From: an uncultured SAR86 cluster bacterium
GTDB lineage: Bacteria > Pseudomonadota > Gammaproteobacteria > Magnimaribacterales > AG-339-G14
Reading direction: 5' to 3'
Assembly (NCBI GenBank): GCA_902632605.1
Contig: CACPDB010000001.1
Location: forward strand, 246,693 to 310,692
DNA length: 64,000 nt
Positions 49,047 to 59,011 of the stretch are shown here, piece after piece. Each line of letters opens with the position of its first letter. Position 1 is the stretch's first letter. A model generated the notes under the pieces. It was not told the origin of the DNA and made no database searches. It was given only the letters and a program-made list of their open reading frames with translations. Both the position numbers and the translations under genes were made by a program.

Positions 49047-52001
49047 TTAATTTGGCGGAGTATAAACTGTCTTCCCATGAATAACTGACGGATCTGTACT
49101 GTTTGCGCTTGGCAATGTAGTAGCAGGAACAGTCCCAATTGAATTTGCTCCAGAGAATAAATTTTGAATGTTACTTGCAGCCGGTAGATCGCTTGCTGAC
49201 TTTGAGTAACTTACGCCAGCAGGAATACTCCCTAGCTTAAGTAAATATTCATCTCCTTTTAAAGCTCTTATCTTCAAGTCTTCTCCACCGCTAGCGTTCG
49301 TAAGAACAGTGGCATCAGGAATTACGAATTCATGAATGTATCGATAACACTGATTCCATCCACCATTTACATACCTTCCTAAAATTGCTCCTGTACATGT
49401 ATTCACTACTCTTCCAGGAATATTATGAAGTTCTCCATAACCTTCAAATTTTAATTTGAATTTCTTTCCCGCAAGGTTTGTGTTTGGAAAATTATAGTTT
49501 ATTCCGCTCGAGGGAACAGTAAATACTACTGTCTGAGGAGGTGAGACATTAACATATTGACTAGAAGTGTCATTATATAATCGATAGTCAGGCATTTGCC
49601 TTACTCTGATGTCATACATTGTTGCAACAGCTCCTTCCCACATTTTATAGTCACAATAATATGATGTTGCTCCAGTAGCATGAACTGCTGCATCATTAGA
49701 TTTAGCTTTAAACTTGACGTCATAACCTCTCGCATTACCTCCGGAAACATCGCAATATAGGGCAGCCTTATTTGTATCTGAGTTGATTACGGCTCTCATA
49801 TGAAATGCCCAACCAAAATTATTGGTCCAATTATTACCATATGAAGCAGGCTTCATGTAATAACGATAATTTTGTAGAGAATCACCATGCTGTCTAGCAT
49901 CTACTTTTTGTCCATTTACAAGAGAATATTCTATGTAACTATTCCCTGCTGTACCGTCTCTGAGTTTATTGGTTCCGGCAACATTCACAATTGTATATTG
50001 AGGAGCATCTGCAACTTTTATTCCGCCAATATTATTATAGTTACCAGCCGCAATATCTGACTCTCCCCCATCTTGGTCGCCATTACCATTTTGGTCGTAA
50101 TAAACCGTAGCTGTCCACCAGTCTCCAACATCTTTGTAAGGAGTAACATTTAAAGCACCTGGATTATCCTCATTTTCAACTGCGGTAAATGCAGCAGCAA
50201 TAGCAGAATTCATATTGGAAGCATCAAGGCATTCTCTTATGCAAAGCAGACCTGTTGCATTGTCGCCAGTATTAGTTATTTCTGTTGCTAATTGATCGAT
50301 ATTTATTCTCTCTTCTGTTCTTGTTCTAACTTGAGCGGAAGGCGTTGTCGAGTCAGGGTCACCAAAAGCAGCATAAGGAACTGTATAACTTTGGTGTGAG
50401 TCAGGATCCCAAAAGTGCATCCTTCTATTCCAACCTGAATCAGTCATATGAGTTGACCAATTTGCTGCAGTGAAAGAGAATGAAGTATCCAGCTCAAAAG
50501 GCATGATTCCGGAACCCCAATCCATTCCATGAGTTATAGTAAAAGTAACTGTAGAGCCACTTACAGTGATTGTTCCAGAGTATTCAGGACAGTTACCCTG
50601 TGCTGCATTACAATTACCAGCATTCGGAAAATTAAGATTTCCTAGTTTAGCTAAAAATGTAGAGTCGTTTCTGAAATTTTGTGCATAAAATTGAAAGGAT
50701 ACTCCGCCAAGTTGGTCTAATGAAAGATACTGTCGCGTTCTTTTTACAATTTCATAGTAATTTTTTCTTAAATTGTAAGAATTATTATCACTGGAATTTC
50801 TTTTATTTTTAAATACAGTTGAGTCAGTTACATTTGCCCTATCAGCAGGATTAACATGTACTCCCCAATAACTAGCATGAGACCATATTGGAGCAGAAAG
50901 TGAACCATTATCTATAGTATTTGCTTCCAAAGACATGGAAGGCGTTGTTAAATCAGCCCTTGAACCGTCTGAATTTTTGTAGGTGCCATATTCATATACC
51001 ACTCTTTTTGCCGCAGATCTTCTAGTATCCCAACAATGTTCACCAGTAATTGTGGCTGCAGTTCCTCCATCGGTATCGACAAAACCTCCTCCATTTTGAG
51101 CATTGGTTATAGCCGTTGCAAGATTAGTTTCAGAGATTGCCGCACCTTCTGTCCAAAGACCATTACCTCCTTGGGTATATTCATTAGCACTTGAAAATTT
51201 TTGACAGTATCTATCTGCTCCTTCATTAACTTGTACCTGATGTCTGACAGCAATAGTCGTCATTCCACCACCATCAGCAATACGAAGAATTGTTTGCATA
51301 AACCCTTGAATATTGTTTGCATCAGCCAAGTCAGCAATTATTACTCTATCTGGGCCTTGCATACCAGTTTCTCGATATTGGATAGTTGTATTATTTACAT
51401 TCAAATAACCTTGATTTATAGATATTCCGGCTGATGTGAGTCCAATTGAAAGATTAGCTTGTTTATTTCTAAGGTCATAGCGCATAGTAAAAGTTCCAAA
51501 ACGATTAGTGCTACTTTTATCTGCAGTTACTGTCGTAGATAAGAAAGCGGTTGTTGGAACTTTTGTATCGTTTTGGCCCATTTCCAATTCAATATCTACC
51601 CAGCCTTTTCCTTGTACTTCATTTCCAGAAGTTACTCCGGTATAAATTCCAGTAGTATATTCAGTAGCATCAACTGTATTTGCTCCTGCTCCTGCTCCAC
51701 CACCACTTGCTGATGAACCTGTTGCAGAAGCTGCTTCAGAAGCTGCATCAGCTCCACTTGCAGATTCACATTTAGCTTCATCAGTTAAAGCTTTATAGAC
51801 TCCTTTATTAACAAAAGTAGAAAAATTAATACTTTCCATAAAACATAAGAGAAAATTAACTTGGCTCATTGCGTCATTGGCAAGTATGCCTGGTACGTAA
51901 TAATCTACTTCTGCAGCATCATCAGTGTAATCATCCGTAAAAGATAAGTTACTTACCAATATAAAAATTAGAGTAGTAAAAAAAAATTTCATTGATTTCA
52001 T
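49047..52001 (-). CDS. Large (984 aa) secreted hypothetical protein
   Basis: Sec signal 'MKSMKFFFTTLIFILVSNLSFT'; AAGGA RBS; G/S/T/N/A-rich; 12 Cys; 'DQNGNGDQDGGE' motif. Confidence 0.88.
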   Translation of the reverse strand: MKSMKFFFTTLIFILVSNLSFTDDYTDDAAEVDYYVPGILANDAMSQVNFLLCFMESINFSTFVNKGVYKALTDEAKCESASGADAASEAASATGSSASGGGAGAGANTVDATEYTTGIYTGVTSGNEVQGKGWVDIELEMGQNDTKVPTTAFLSTTVTADKSSTNRFGTFTMRYDLRNKQANLSIGLTSAGISINQGYLNVNNTTIQYRETGMQGPDRVIIADLADANNIQGFMQTILRIADGGGMTTIAVRHQVQVNEGADRYCQKFSSANEYTQGGNGLWTEGAAISETNLATAITNAQNGGGFVDTDGGTAATITGEHCWDTRRSAAKRVVYEYGTYKNSDGSRADLTTPSMSLEANTIDNGSLSAPIWSHASYWGVHVNPADRANVTDSTVFKNKRNSSDNNSYNLRKNYYEIVKRTRQYLSLDQLGGVSFQFYAQNFRNDSTFLAKLGNLNFPNAGNCNAAQGNCPEYSGTITVSGSTVTFTITHGMDWGSGIMPFELDTSFSFTAANWSTHMTDSGWNRRMHFWDPDSHQSYTVPYAAFGDPDSTTPSAQVRTRTEERINIDQLATEITNTGDNATGLLCIRECLDASNMNSAIAAAFTAVENEDNPGALNVTPYKDVGDWWTATVYYDQNGNGDQDGGESDIAAGNYNNIGGIKVADAPQYTIVNVAGTNKLRDGTAGNSYIEYSLVNGQKVDARQHGDSLQNYRYYMKPASYGNNWTNNFGWAFHMRAVINSDTNKAALYCDVSGGNARGYDVKFKAKSNDAAVHATGATSYYCDYKMWEGAVATMYDIRVRQMPDYRLYNDTSSQYVNVSPPQTVVFTVPSSGINYNFPNTNLAGKKFKLKFEGYGELHNIPGRVVNTCTGAILGRYVNGGWNQCYRYIHEFVIPDATVLTNASGGEDLKIRALKGDEYLLKLGSIPAGVSYSKSASDLPAASNIQNLFSGANSIGTVPATTLPSANSTDPSVIHGKTVYTPPN

Positions 52002-52021
52002 TTTTAAATTCCTTTATTAAA

Positions 52022-52198
52022 TTAGTCTGTTGCTTGTACAGGATCTACCTGTCCGGCAAAGTCTCCTGTTGGTGCGCTGCCTCCATAGGTATTATTCGAC
52101 CCAGAATTACCTCCACTTCCGCTGCTTCCATATCCACCGCCACCTCCACAACCTATTAACAAGATTGTGAATATAAAGATTGCAAATAATTTATTCAT
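52022..52198 (-). CDS. Small Gly/Ser-rich lipoprotein
   Basis: Likely start ATG 52198 (GAGG RBS); 'MNKLFAIFIFTILLIG|CGGGGG...GQVDPVQATD'. Confidence 0.8.
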   Translation of the reverse strand: MNKLFAIFIFTILLIGCGGGGGYGSSGSGGNSGSNNTYGGSAPTGDFAGQVDPVQATD

Positions 52199-52260
52199 AA
52201 AATTAGACCTCATAGATTAATTATTTATACTATTTTTTTTTGAGAATGGATATCATTTTC

Positions 52261-52368
52261 TTAAAAAAGATAATCAACTATTGCAGCGATAATTGCCAAA
52301 AATATATTGACAATTACTATCACCAATAACAGTCCTTTCAAATTAAACTTTTTATCTTTCTTCTCCAT
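52261..52368 (-). CDS. Putative 35-aa single-pass membrane peptide (not in ORF track)
   Basis: MEKKDKKFNLKGLLLVIVIVNIFLAIIAAIVDYLF; basic N-terminus plus about 20 hydrophobic residues; CATAAT just upstream. Confidence 0.55.
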   Translation of the reverse strand: MEKKDKKFNLKGLLLVIVIVNIFLAIIAAIVDYLF

Positions 52369-52392
52369 AAGGCATAATTATGACCAATATTT

Positions 52393-52611
52393 ATGGCAAA
52401 AGAAGATTTAATTGAAATGACAGGCGAAGTTATCGATACCATGCCTAACACTACCTTCAAAGTAAAACTGGAAAACGATCATGTCATCACTGCTCATATT
52501 TCCGGAAAAATGAGAAAAAATTACATAAGAATCTTAACCGGCGATAAAGTAAAAGTAGAAATGACTCCTTACGATCTTTCCAAAGGTCGTATAACTTTTA
52601 GAGAAAAATAA
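52393..52611 (+). CDS. infA: Translation initiation factor IF-1
   Basis: '[13 protein letters not shown]', '[15 protein letters not shown]'. Confidence 0.99.
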   Translation: MAKEDLIEMTGEVIDTMPNTTFKVKLENDHVITAHISGKMRKNYIRILTGDKVKVEMTPYDLSKGRITFREK

Positions 52612-52613
52612 TG

Positions 52614-54866
52614 TTAGGAAGTAAGTTCTTTTGCATCGTGCGGAAGAAACTTAATATCTAACTTTTCTTTTTTGACTGAAACTTTAGCTATACCGCCCTC
52701 TTTAGCAAGCTCTCCAAATAAAATAGATTCTGCAAGTTTTTGTTTGATTTCATCTTGAATAAGTCTTTGCATTGGTCTTGCGCCCATCTTTTCATCGTAA
52801 CCATTACTTGCTAACCAAGCACGTGCTTTTCCATCAACTTCTAAAACTACTCTTTTCTCGTCTAACTGAGCTTGTAATTCTGTTAAAAACTTATCAACTA
52901 CTGTATGAATGACATCTTCACTGAGCGCACCAAACTGAACAATGGAAGTTAAACGATTTCTAAATTCAGGGCTGAAAGTTTTCTTAATGACTTCGGAACC
53001 ATCAGTAGAATTATCTTGTTTTTGAAATCCCATCGATTCCCTTGCCATTTCTAAAGCACCAGAATTTGTTGTCATGATTAAAACACAATTTCTAAAACTT
53101 GCTTGTCTACCGTTATTATCGGTGAGCATGCCATGATCCATAACTTGCAATAGGACATTGAAAACTTCGGGATGGGCTTTTTCAATTTCATCTAACAAAA
53201 TGACTGAATGTGGATTTTTAGATATTGCTTCTGTTAATAACCCTCCTTGGTCGAAGCCAACATAACCTGGAGGAGCTCCAATCAACCTTGAAACCGTATG
53301 TCTTTCCATATATTCAGACATATCAAATCTAATCAATTCAACCCCTAAGATATTAGCCAATTGTCTAGAAACTTCAGTTTTACCAACCCCAGTAGGTCCA
53401 GAAAATAAAAAAGAACCAATTGGCTTTTCATCTTCACCTAAACCAGCTCTAGACATCATTATAGAATTGGAGAGTTTTTGAATAGCTTCATCTTGACCAA
53501 AAATAACTCTTTTAAGATCTTCTTCTAATTTACCCAATGAAACTCTATCTTTTGTCGAAACACTTTTTTCTGGAATTTGTGCCATTAGAGAGATAACTCT
53601 TTCAATATCTTGTTCATTGACTGTTTTTCTTTTGGTATTCAAGTTTAATCTGAGTCTAGCACCTGCTTCATCAATAACATCAATAGCTTTATCAGGAAGA
53701 AATTTATCGTTTATATGTTTTGCTGAAAGTTCGGCTGCTGCTTTAAGAGATGCTTTTGAGTACTTCAATTCATGATGTTGCTCGAATTTCTTTTTAAGAC
53801 CTTCAAGAATTTTTATAGTTTCTTGGACGGATGGTTCGACTAGATCAACTTTTTGAAATCTTCGTGAAAGTGCTCTATCTTGCTCAAAAATAGTTCGATA
53901 TTCTTTAAAAGTAGTAGAGCCAATGAATTTTATACCTTCTTTACCTAAGACAGGCTTAAGTAAATTTGATGCATCCATAACTCCACCTGAAGTAGCACCT
54001 GCTCCGATAATAGTATGAATTTCATCTATGAATAAAATTGCGTTCGGAATGGCAGATAATTCTTTTAAGATTCCCTTAAGTCTCTTTTCAAAATCTCCAC
54101 GATATTTTGTACCTGCTAACAAAGAACCCATATCTAAAGAATAAATTGTGCTTTCTTGTAGTGAGGGTGATGCTGATTTTTCAACTATATTCTTAGCTAG
54201 TCCTTCAATTAGAGCTGTTTTTCCTACTCCTGACTCACCAACCAAAATAGGGTTATTTTTAGAGCGCCTCGCAAGTATTTGAGAAATTCTTTCAATTTCA
54301 TTATCTCTACCAACCAAAGGATCGATTAGGTTAGCCTCAGCATCTTGATTAAGATTAGTTGCATATTTACCAAGATAACCCGATTCATTTGACGAAGAAG
54401 ATTCTTGCGCAATGTCTTCAAAAGATTCATCTTCAGTAACTCCTTCTCCATGACTCATGTACGAGACCGCATCAAGTCTTGTCATTCCTTGTTTCTTAAG
54501 AAGGTAGACGCTATGACTTTCTTTTTCACTAAATAATGCTACCAAGATATTTGCTCCAGTCACTTCACCTGTACCAGAAGACTGAACATGAAAGACGGCC
54601 CTTTGAATTACTCTTTGAAAAGACAATGTTGGTTGAATTTCAACTGCATCGTCTTTTTTTTCTGGACAGTTTTTTGATATGAACTCTTTTAATTCAGCTT
54701 CTAGGATATCTATATTTATATCACAAGCCAGTAGGACATTAAGAGCGTCTTGGTTATTTAAAATACATAAAAGAAGGTGCTCAGTAGTAACGAATTCATG
54801 ATTATTTTCGTGAGCGAATTTAAAAGCATTATTCAAACATTCTTCAAGACCTTTTTCTAGCATCAA
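52614..54866 (-). CDS. clpA: ATP-dependent Clp protease ATPase ClpA
   Basis: Two AAA+ modules 'GESGVGKT' and 'GPTGVGKT'; '[13 protein letters not shown]'; adjacent to clpS. Confidence 0.97.
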   Translation of the reverse strand: MMLEKGLEECLNNAFKFAHENNHEFVTTEHLLLCILNNQDALNVLLACDINIDILEAELKEFISKNCPEKKDDAVEIQPTLSFQRVIQRAVFHVQSSGTGEVTGANILVALFSEKESHSVYLLKKQGMTRLDAVSYMSHGEGVTEDESFEDIAQESSSSNESGYLGKYATNLNQDAEANLIDPLVGRDNEIERISQILARRSKNNPILVGESGVGKTALIEGLAKNIVEKSASPSLQESTIYSLDMGSLLAGTKYRGDFEKRLKGILKELSAIPNAILFIDEIHTIIGAGATSGGVMDASNLLKPVLGKEGIKFIGSTTFKEYRTIFEQDRALSRRFQKVDLVEPSVQETIKILEGLKKKFEQHHELKYSKASLKAAAELSAKHINDKFLPDKAIDVIDEAGARLRLNLNTKRKTVNEQDIERVISLMAQIPEKSVSTKDRVSLGKLEEDLKRVIFGQDEAIQKLSNSIMMSRAGLGEDEKPIGSFLFSGPTGVGKTEVSRQLANILGVELIRFDMSEYMERHTVSRLIGAPPGYVGFDQGGLLTEAISKNPHSVILLDEIEKAHPEVFNVLLQVMDHGMLTDNNGRQASFRNCVLIMTTNSGALEMARESMGFQKQDNSTDGSEVIKKTFSPEFRNRLTSIVQFGALSEDVIHTVVDKFLTELQAQLDEKRVVLEVDGKARAWLASNGYDEKMGARPMQRLIQDEIKQKLAESILFGELAKEGGIAKVSVKKEKLDIKFLPHDAKELTS

Positions 54867-55213
54867 TCTTCCTCATCAATTGGTTCAATATCGCTTACTA
54901 AGGGGTGTTCATTTTGCTTAGCAAAATTATTGATTTGATTTGATTTTGTTTCTGCTACTTCTTTCGTATAAATACCACAGACACCCTTTCCTTTTGTATG
55001 TACTGCTAACATTATTTGCGTAGCTTTTTCTTTATCGTAGTTAAAGAAAGTTTGTAAAACATAAATTACAAACTCCATTGGCGTAAAATCGTCATTCAAT
55101 AAAATGACTCTATACAAAGAAGGTTTTTTTAATTTTGGCTCTTCTAACTCTACTAGAGACGAAGAGTTTGATTCATAGTCTTCTGAATTATTTTTTATCT
55201 TAATTTCTATCAT
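54863..55213 (-). CDS. clpS: ClpS adaptor
   Basis: '[16 protein letters not shown]', '[10 protein letters not shown]'. Confidence 0.97.
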   Translation of the reverse strand: MIEIKIKNNSEDYESNSSSLVELEEPKLKKPSLYRVILLNDDFTPMEFVIYVLQTFFNYDKEKATQIMLAVHTKGKGVCGIYTKEVAETKSNQINNFAKQNEHPLVSDIEPIDEED

Positions 55214-55229
55214 GCATTAAAAAGATTTA

Positions 55230-56489
55230 TTATGACATTCCATTACAAATTTGTTCTGCAAACTCAGAACATTTTAGTAATTTTGCTCCTGTCATCAATC
55301 TTTCTAAATCATAAGTTACTAACTTATTCTTAATTGCCCAACTTATTCCTTTTATTACATTATCCGACGCTTCATGCCAACCAATATGATTAAGCATCAT
55401 TTCAGCAGACAATATTAAAGAAGCCGGATTAACTTTATCTAGGCCAGCATACTTTGGTGCTGTGCCATGCGTAGCTTCAAACAAAGCAACTTTATCACCT
55501 AAGTTTGCACCTGGTGCGAGACCCAAACCTCCTACCTTTGCAGCTAAAGCATCAGAGATAAAATCACCATTTAAATTCATTGTAGCGATAACATCATAAT
55601 CACCGGGTCTTGTGAGAATCTGTTGAAGAAAGTTATCAGTAATAATATCTTTCATTATTATCAATTTTTTTGTAACTGGATTTCTAAAGCTCATCCACTC
55701 ACCTCCGTCAAGAGATGTAGCTCCAAATTCTCTTGCAGCTAAAGAATAGCTCCATTCTTTGAAAGAACCTTCGGTATATTTCATGATATTCCCTTTATGA
55801 ACAATAGTTACTGATGAGCGATCATTGTCTATTGCATATTGAATAGCTTTCCTTACATGTCTTTCGGTTCCTTCTTTTGAAATAGGTTTAATTCCAATAC
55901 CACATGCATCTTCGAATCTTATATTTTTTACATTCATTTCTTTGGTGAGAAAATTAATGAGTTTTTTTGCTTCATCAGAGCTTGCTTCAAATTCTATACC
56001 TGCATAAATGTCTTCGGAATTTTCTCTAAAAACAATCATGTCTGTTGTCTCAGGAATGACAACGGGACTAGGTACTCCTTCAAAGTATCTAATTGGTCTT
56101 TGGCAAACATATAAATCAAGCACTTGCCTTAAACGAACATTTAAAGAACGGATACCTCCTCCAATAGGAGTAGTTAAAGGTCCTTTTATACCAACTAAAT
56201 AGTTTTCTAAAGCATCAATAGTTTCATCCGGCAGCCATTCATTTTCACCATAGACATCTAAAGACTTTTCTCCACAAAATATTTCCATCCAAGCAATCTT
56301 TCTCTCTCCGTTATATGCAAGATTGACTGCATGATCGACTACTTTAATCATTGCAGCAGTGACATCTGTACCAATGCCATCTCCTTCGATAAATGGAATG
56401 ATTGGATTTGAGGGAACAGTTAGTTCTCCTGAATCATTAACTGTTATTTGTTCTCCATTTTCTGGAATTTCTATGTGTTTGTAAGCCAT
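55230..56489 (-). CDS. icd: NADP-dependent isocitrate dehydrogenase (dimeric)
   Basis: '[10 protein letters not shown]', '[12 protein letters not shown]', '[10 protein letters not shown]', 'HGTAPKYAG'. Confidence 0.97.
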   Translation of the reverse strand: MAYKHIEIPENGEQITVNDSGELTVPSNPIIPFIEGDGIGTDVTAAMIKVVDHAVNLAYNGERKIAWMEIFCGEKSLDVYGENEWLPDETIDALENYLVGIKGPLTTPIGGGIRSLNVRLRQVLDLYVCQRPIRYFEGVPSPVVIPETTDMIVFRENSEDIYAGIEFEASSDEAKKLINFLTKEMNVKNIRFEDACGIGIKPISKEGTERHVRKAIQYAIDNDRSSVTIVHKGNIMKYTEGSFKEWSYSLAAREFGATSLDGGEWMSFRNPVTKKLIIMKDIITDNFLQQILTRPGDYDVIATMNLNGDFISDALAAKVGGLGLAPGANLGDKVALFEATHGTAPKYAGLDKVNPASLILSAEMMLNHIGWHEASDNVIKGISWAIKNKLVTYDLERLMTGAKLLKCSEFAEQICNGMS

Positions 56490-56519
56490 AAGTAATATTA
56501 AAGTCCTTTGAAGCGCGGT

Positions 56520-56528
56520 ATCATAGCA
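56520..56528 (-). promoter_or_regulatory. Extended -10 promoter of icd
   Basis: Minus strand TGcTATGAT; AAGGA RBS downstream. Confidence 0.5.
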
Positions 56529-56551
56529 TTTTTTACTTATCTATAAAAATT

Positions 56552-57610
56552 GTGAAAGTTCTAGTAGGTTTATCAGGCGGAGTTGATTCTTCAGTTGCAG
56601 CATTTCTTTTAAAGCAAGAAGGTTTTGATGTTACAGCTGGATTTATGAGAAATTGGGAAGATGATGATGGGAGTCCTTATTGTACTGTTAAAGAAGATTT
56701 TTTAGATGCTGCACAAGTTGCTGACAAAATAGGCATAAATTTAGTGCAAATGAATTTTGCCAAACAATATAAAGACAAAGTATTCAGTTATTTTTTAAAT
56801 GAGTTAAATAATGGAAAAACTCCTAACCCAGATATTTACTGCAATAAATTTATTAAGTTTAAAGAGTTTACAGATTATGCCGCTGATAACGGCTTTGATG
56901 CTGTTGCAACAGGACATTATTCAAAGGTTCAGGTAATTGATAAAGAATATTTCTTATGCAAATCATATGATCAAAATAAAGATCAAACTTATTTTTTAAG
57001 TCAGGTGGAAAAAAAGGTTTTTGCGAATCTAAAGTTTCCTTTGGGAAATCTTTTAAAAGCTGATGTGAGAAAGATAGCTGAAGCAGAAAATTTAGTTACT
57101 CATAATAAAAAAGATAGCACCGGTATATGTTTTATTGGTGAAAGACCTTTTCCAGAATTTTTAAAAAATTATCTTCCTGAAGATTACGGAGAAATTGTTG
57201 ATGAAAATGATGAGGTAATTGGAGAACATAAAGGTTTGTACTTTTATACAATCGGTCAAAGACAAGGTCTTGGTATTGGAGGCCTGAAGAATAGAGCAGA
57301 AAAAGCTTGGTACGTTGCACAAAAAGATTATTCAAATAATAAATTAGTAGTTGTTCAAGAAAACGATCATCCTTTGCTTTTTAAACAAAAACTTACGGTT
57401 TCAAACATAAATTGGTTAAAGCAACCATCTTCAAATATGGTTTCGGCAAAAATTAGATATCGTCAAAAAGATCAAGACTGTGAAATTGATGTAAGAGGAA
57501 ATAAAGCAGAGGTTTTTTTTAAAAAACCACAAAGAGCAGTAACTCCAGGACAATTTATTGTACTTTATGAAGATGAAATTTGTTTAGGTGGAGGCGAGAT
57601 AGATATATAA
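56552..57610 (+). CDS. mnmA: tRNA 2-thiouridylase
   Basis: 'GLSGGVDSSV', 'TPNPDIYCN', 'KDQTYFL', 'KKDSTGICFIG'. Confidence 0.97.
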   Translation: MKVLVGLSGGVDSSVAAFLLKQEGFDVTAGFMRNWEDDDGSPYCTVKEDFLDAAQVADKIGINLVQMNFAKQYKDKVFSYFLNELNNGKTPNPDIYCNKFIKFKEFTDYAADNGFDAVATGHYSKVQVIDKEYFLCKSYDQNKDQTYFLSQVEKKVFANLKFPLGNLLKADVRKIAEAENLVTHNKKDSTGICFIGERPFPEFLKNYLPEDYGEIVDENDEVIGEHKGLYFYTIGQRQGLGIGGLKNRAEKAWYVAQKDYSNNKLVVVQENDHPLLFKQKLTVSNINWLKQPSSNMVSAKIRYRQKDQDCEIDVRGNKAEVFFKKPQRAVTPGQFIVLYEDEICLGGGEIDI

Positions 57611-57627
57611 TCCACTTTTGAAAATTA

Positions 57628-59001
57628 ATGCCCAACGATAACTTGCTTTCTATAACTCCTATTGATGGGAGGTATGAACCTCAAACAAAATTTCTTGCAA
57701 ATTATTTTAGTGAATTTGCTTTAATCAAAACGAGAGTAGAAGTTGAAATCAAATGGCTTCTTCTGATATCTAATAATAAGTCTCTTAAATTTATTCCTGA
57801 AGTTTCAAATATTCAGCAAAAAAAAATAATTAATATTTTCAAAGAATTTTCTATCCAAGATGCTAGGCAAGTTAAAAAAATTGAAAAGAAAACTAATCAT
57901 GATGTCAAAGCAGTTGAACTTTTTATTGTTGAAAAACTAAAAAAATTAAAACTAAAAAAACTTTGTGAATTTGTGCATTTTTGTTGTACCTCTGAGGATA
58001 TTAATAACCTTTCTTATTCTCTAATGATGCAAAGATTTTTAAACATTGAGTTTTTAACTGAAATTAATTTTTTGCAAAAAAACTTAAATTCTTTAGCAAA
58101 GAAATATTCAAAAGTATCAATGCTTGCCTTCACTCACGGTCAACCTGCATCCCCTACAACACTCGGAAAAGAATTCTCAAATTTTAGTTACCGAATAAAG
58201 TTTCATCTAGATTTGATTAAATCTATAAATCAAAAAGGAAAATTTAACGGAGCATCAGGAAATTACAATGCTCATGTAATTGCAGAAAAAAAATTAAATT
58301 GGGAAACCTTGTCAAAAAAATTCGTAAATTCTCTTGGTTTGGATTTTTCAAGTCATTCAACACAGATTGAGCTTAAAGATTCTATGGCACTTCAATTAAC
58401 TAATATACACAATTTTAATAATGTATTGATTGATTTAGCACAAGATATTTGGCTTTTGATATCAAAAAACTACTTAAAGCAAAACTTAAAAGCAGGAGAA
58501 GTTGGTTCCTCAACCATGCCGCATAAAGTAAATCCTATAGATTTTGAAAATGCAGAAGGAAATCTATCCATCGCAAATGGCTTAATTATTGCTCTTAAAA
58601 ATAAAATCCAAATATCAAGATTGCAAAGAGATTTATCGGATTCAACTGTTTTAAGAAATATTGGCTCGTTATTTGCTTATATTTTTATAAGTTTAAATTC
58701 GTTGAAAAAAGGCATCGCTAAAATTGAACCTAACAAAGAATTAATCCTCAAAGATCTAGATAATAGTTGGGAAATTTTAACTGAAGCTATTCAAACCATA
58801 CTAAGAAAAAATGGTATTGAGGATAGCTATGCAAAAATTAAATCCATTTCGCGTGGAAAAAAGCTTGATTATCACTCATACATAAAGATAATTGACGACT
58901 TAAAAATAAATAAAGCAGATAAAGAAATTCTTTTAGGCCTTACTCCAAAAAATTATATTGGGTTGGCAGAAAAATTGGCTAAATCTTCTTTTAAATCCTA
59001 A
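57628..59001 (+). CDS. purB: Adenylosuccinate lyase
   Basis: 'ITPIDGRY', 'TNHDVKAVE', 'GSSTMPHKVNPIDFENAEGN'. Confidence 0.97.
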   Translation: MPNDNLLSITPIDGRYEPQTKFLANYFSEFALIKTRVEVEIKWLLLISNNKSLKFIPEVSNIQQKKIINIFKEFSIQDARQVKKIEKKTNHDVKAVELFIVEKLKKLKLKKLCEFVHFCCTSEDINNLSYSLMMQRFLNIEFLTEINFLQKNLNSLAKKYSKVSMLAFTHGQPASPTTLGKEFSNFSYRIKFHLDLIKSINQKGKFNGASGNYNAHVIAEKKLNWETLSKKFVNSLGLDFSSHSTQIELKDSMALQLTNIHNFNNVLIDLAQDIWLLISKNYLKQNLKAGEVGSSTMPHKVNPIDFENAEGNLSIANGLIIALKNKIQISRLQRDLSDSTVLRNIGSLFAYIFISLNSLKKGIAKIEPNKELILKDLDNSWEILTEAIQTILRKNGIEDSYAKIKSISRGKKLDYHSYIKIIDDLKINKADKEILLGLTPKNYIGLAEKLAKSSFKS

Positions 59002-59011
59002 GGGGCACAAT

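Noticed and set aside
51680-51770. Short GCT/CCT/GCA repeats as a VNTR or CRISPR
   Set aside because: They encode a Gly/Ala/Ser linker; no spacer-repeat structure.
49047-52001. 984-aa protein as a multiheme cytochrome, autotransporter or RTX toxin
   Set aside because: No CxxCH, no C-terminal beta-barrel signal, no GGxGxD repeats.
38745-52368. Accessory region as a prophage or integrative element
   Set aside because: No integrase, transposase, tRNA target, flanking repeats or phage structural genes seen.
52614-54866. Clp ATPase as T6SS ClpV or ClpB
   Set aside because: No middle domain; adjacent to clpS and infA, i.e. canonical ClpA.
58958-59011. N-terminal extension of aceA in the track
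   Set aside because: Overlaps purB; ATG 59012 has an AAGGGG RBS.
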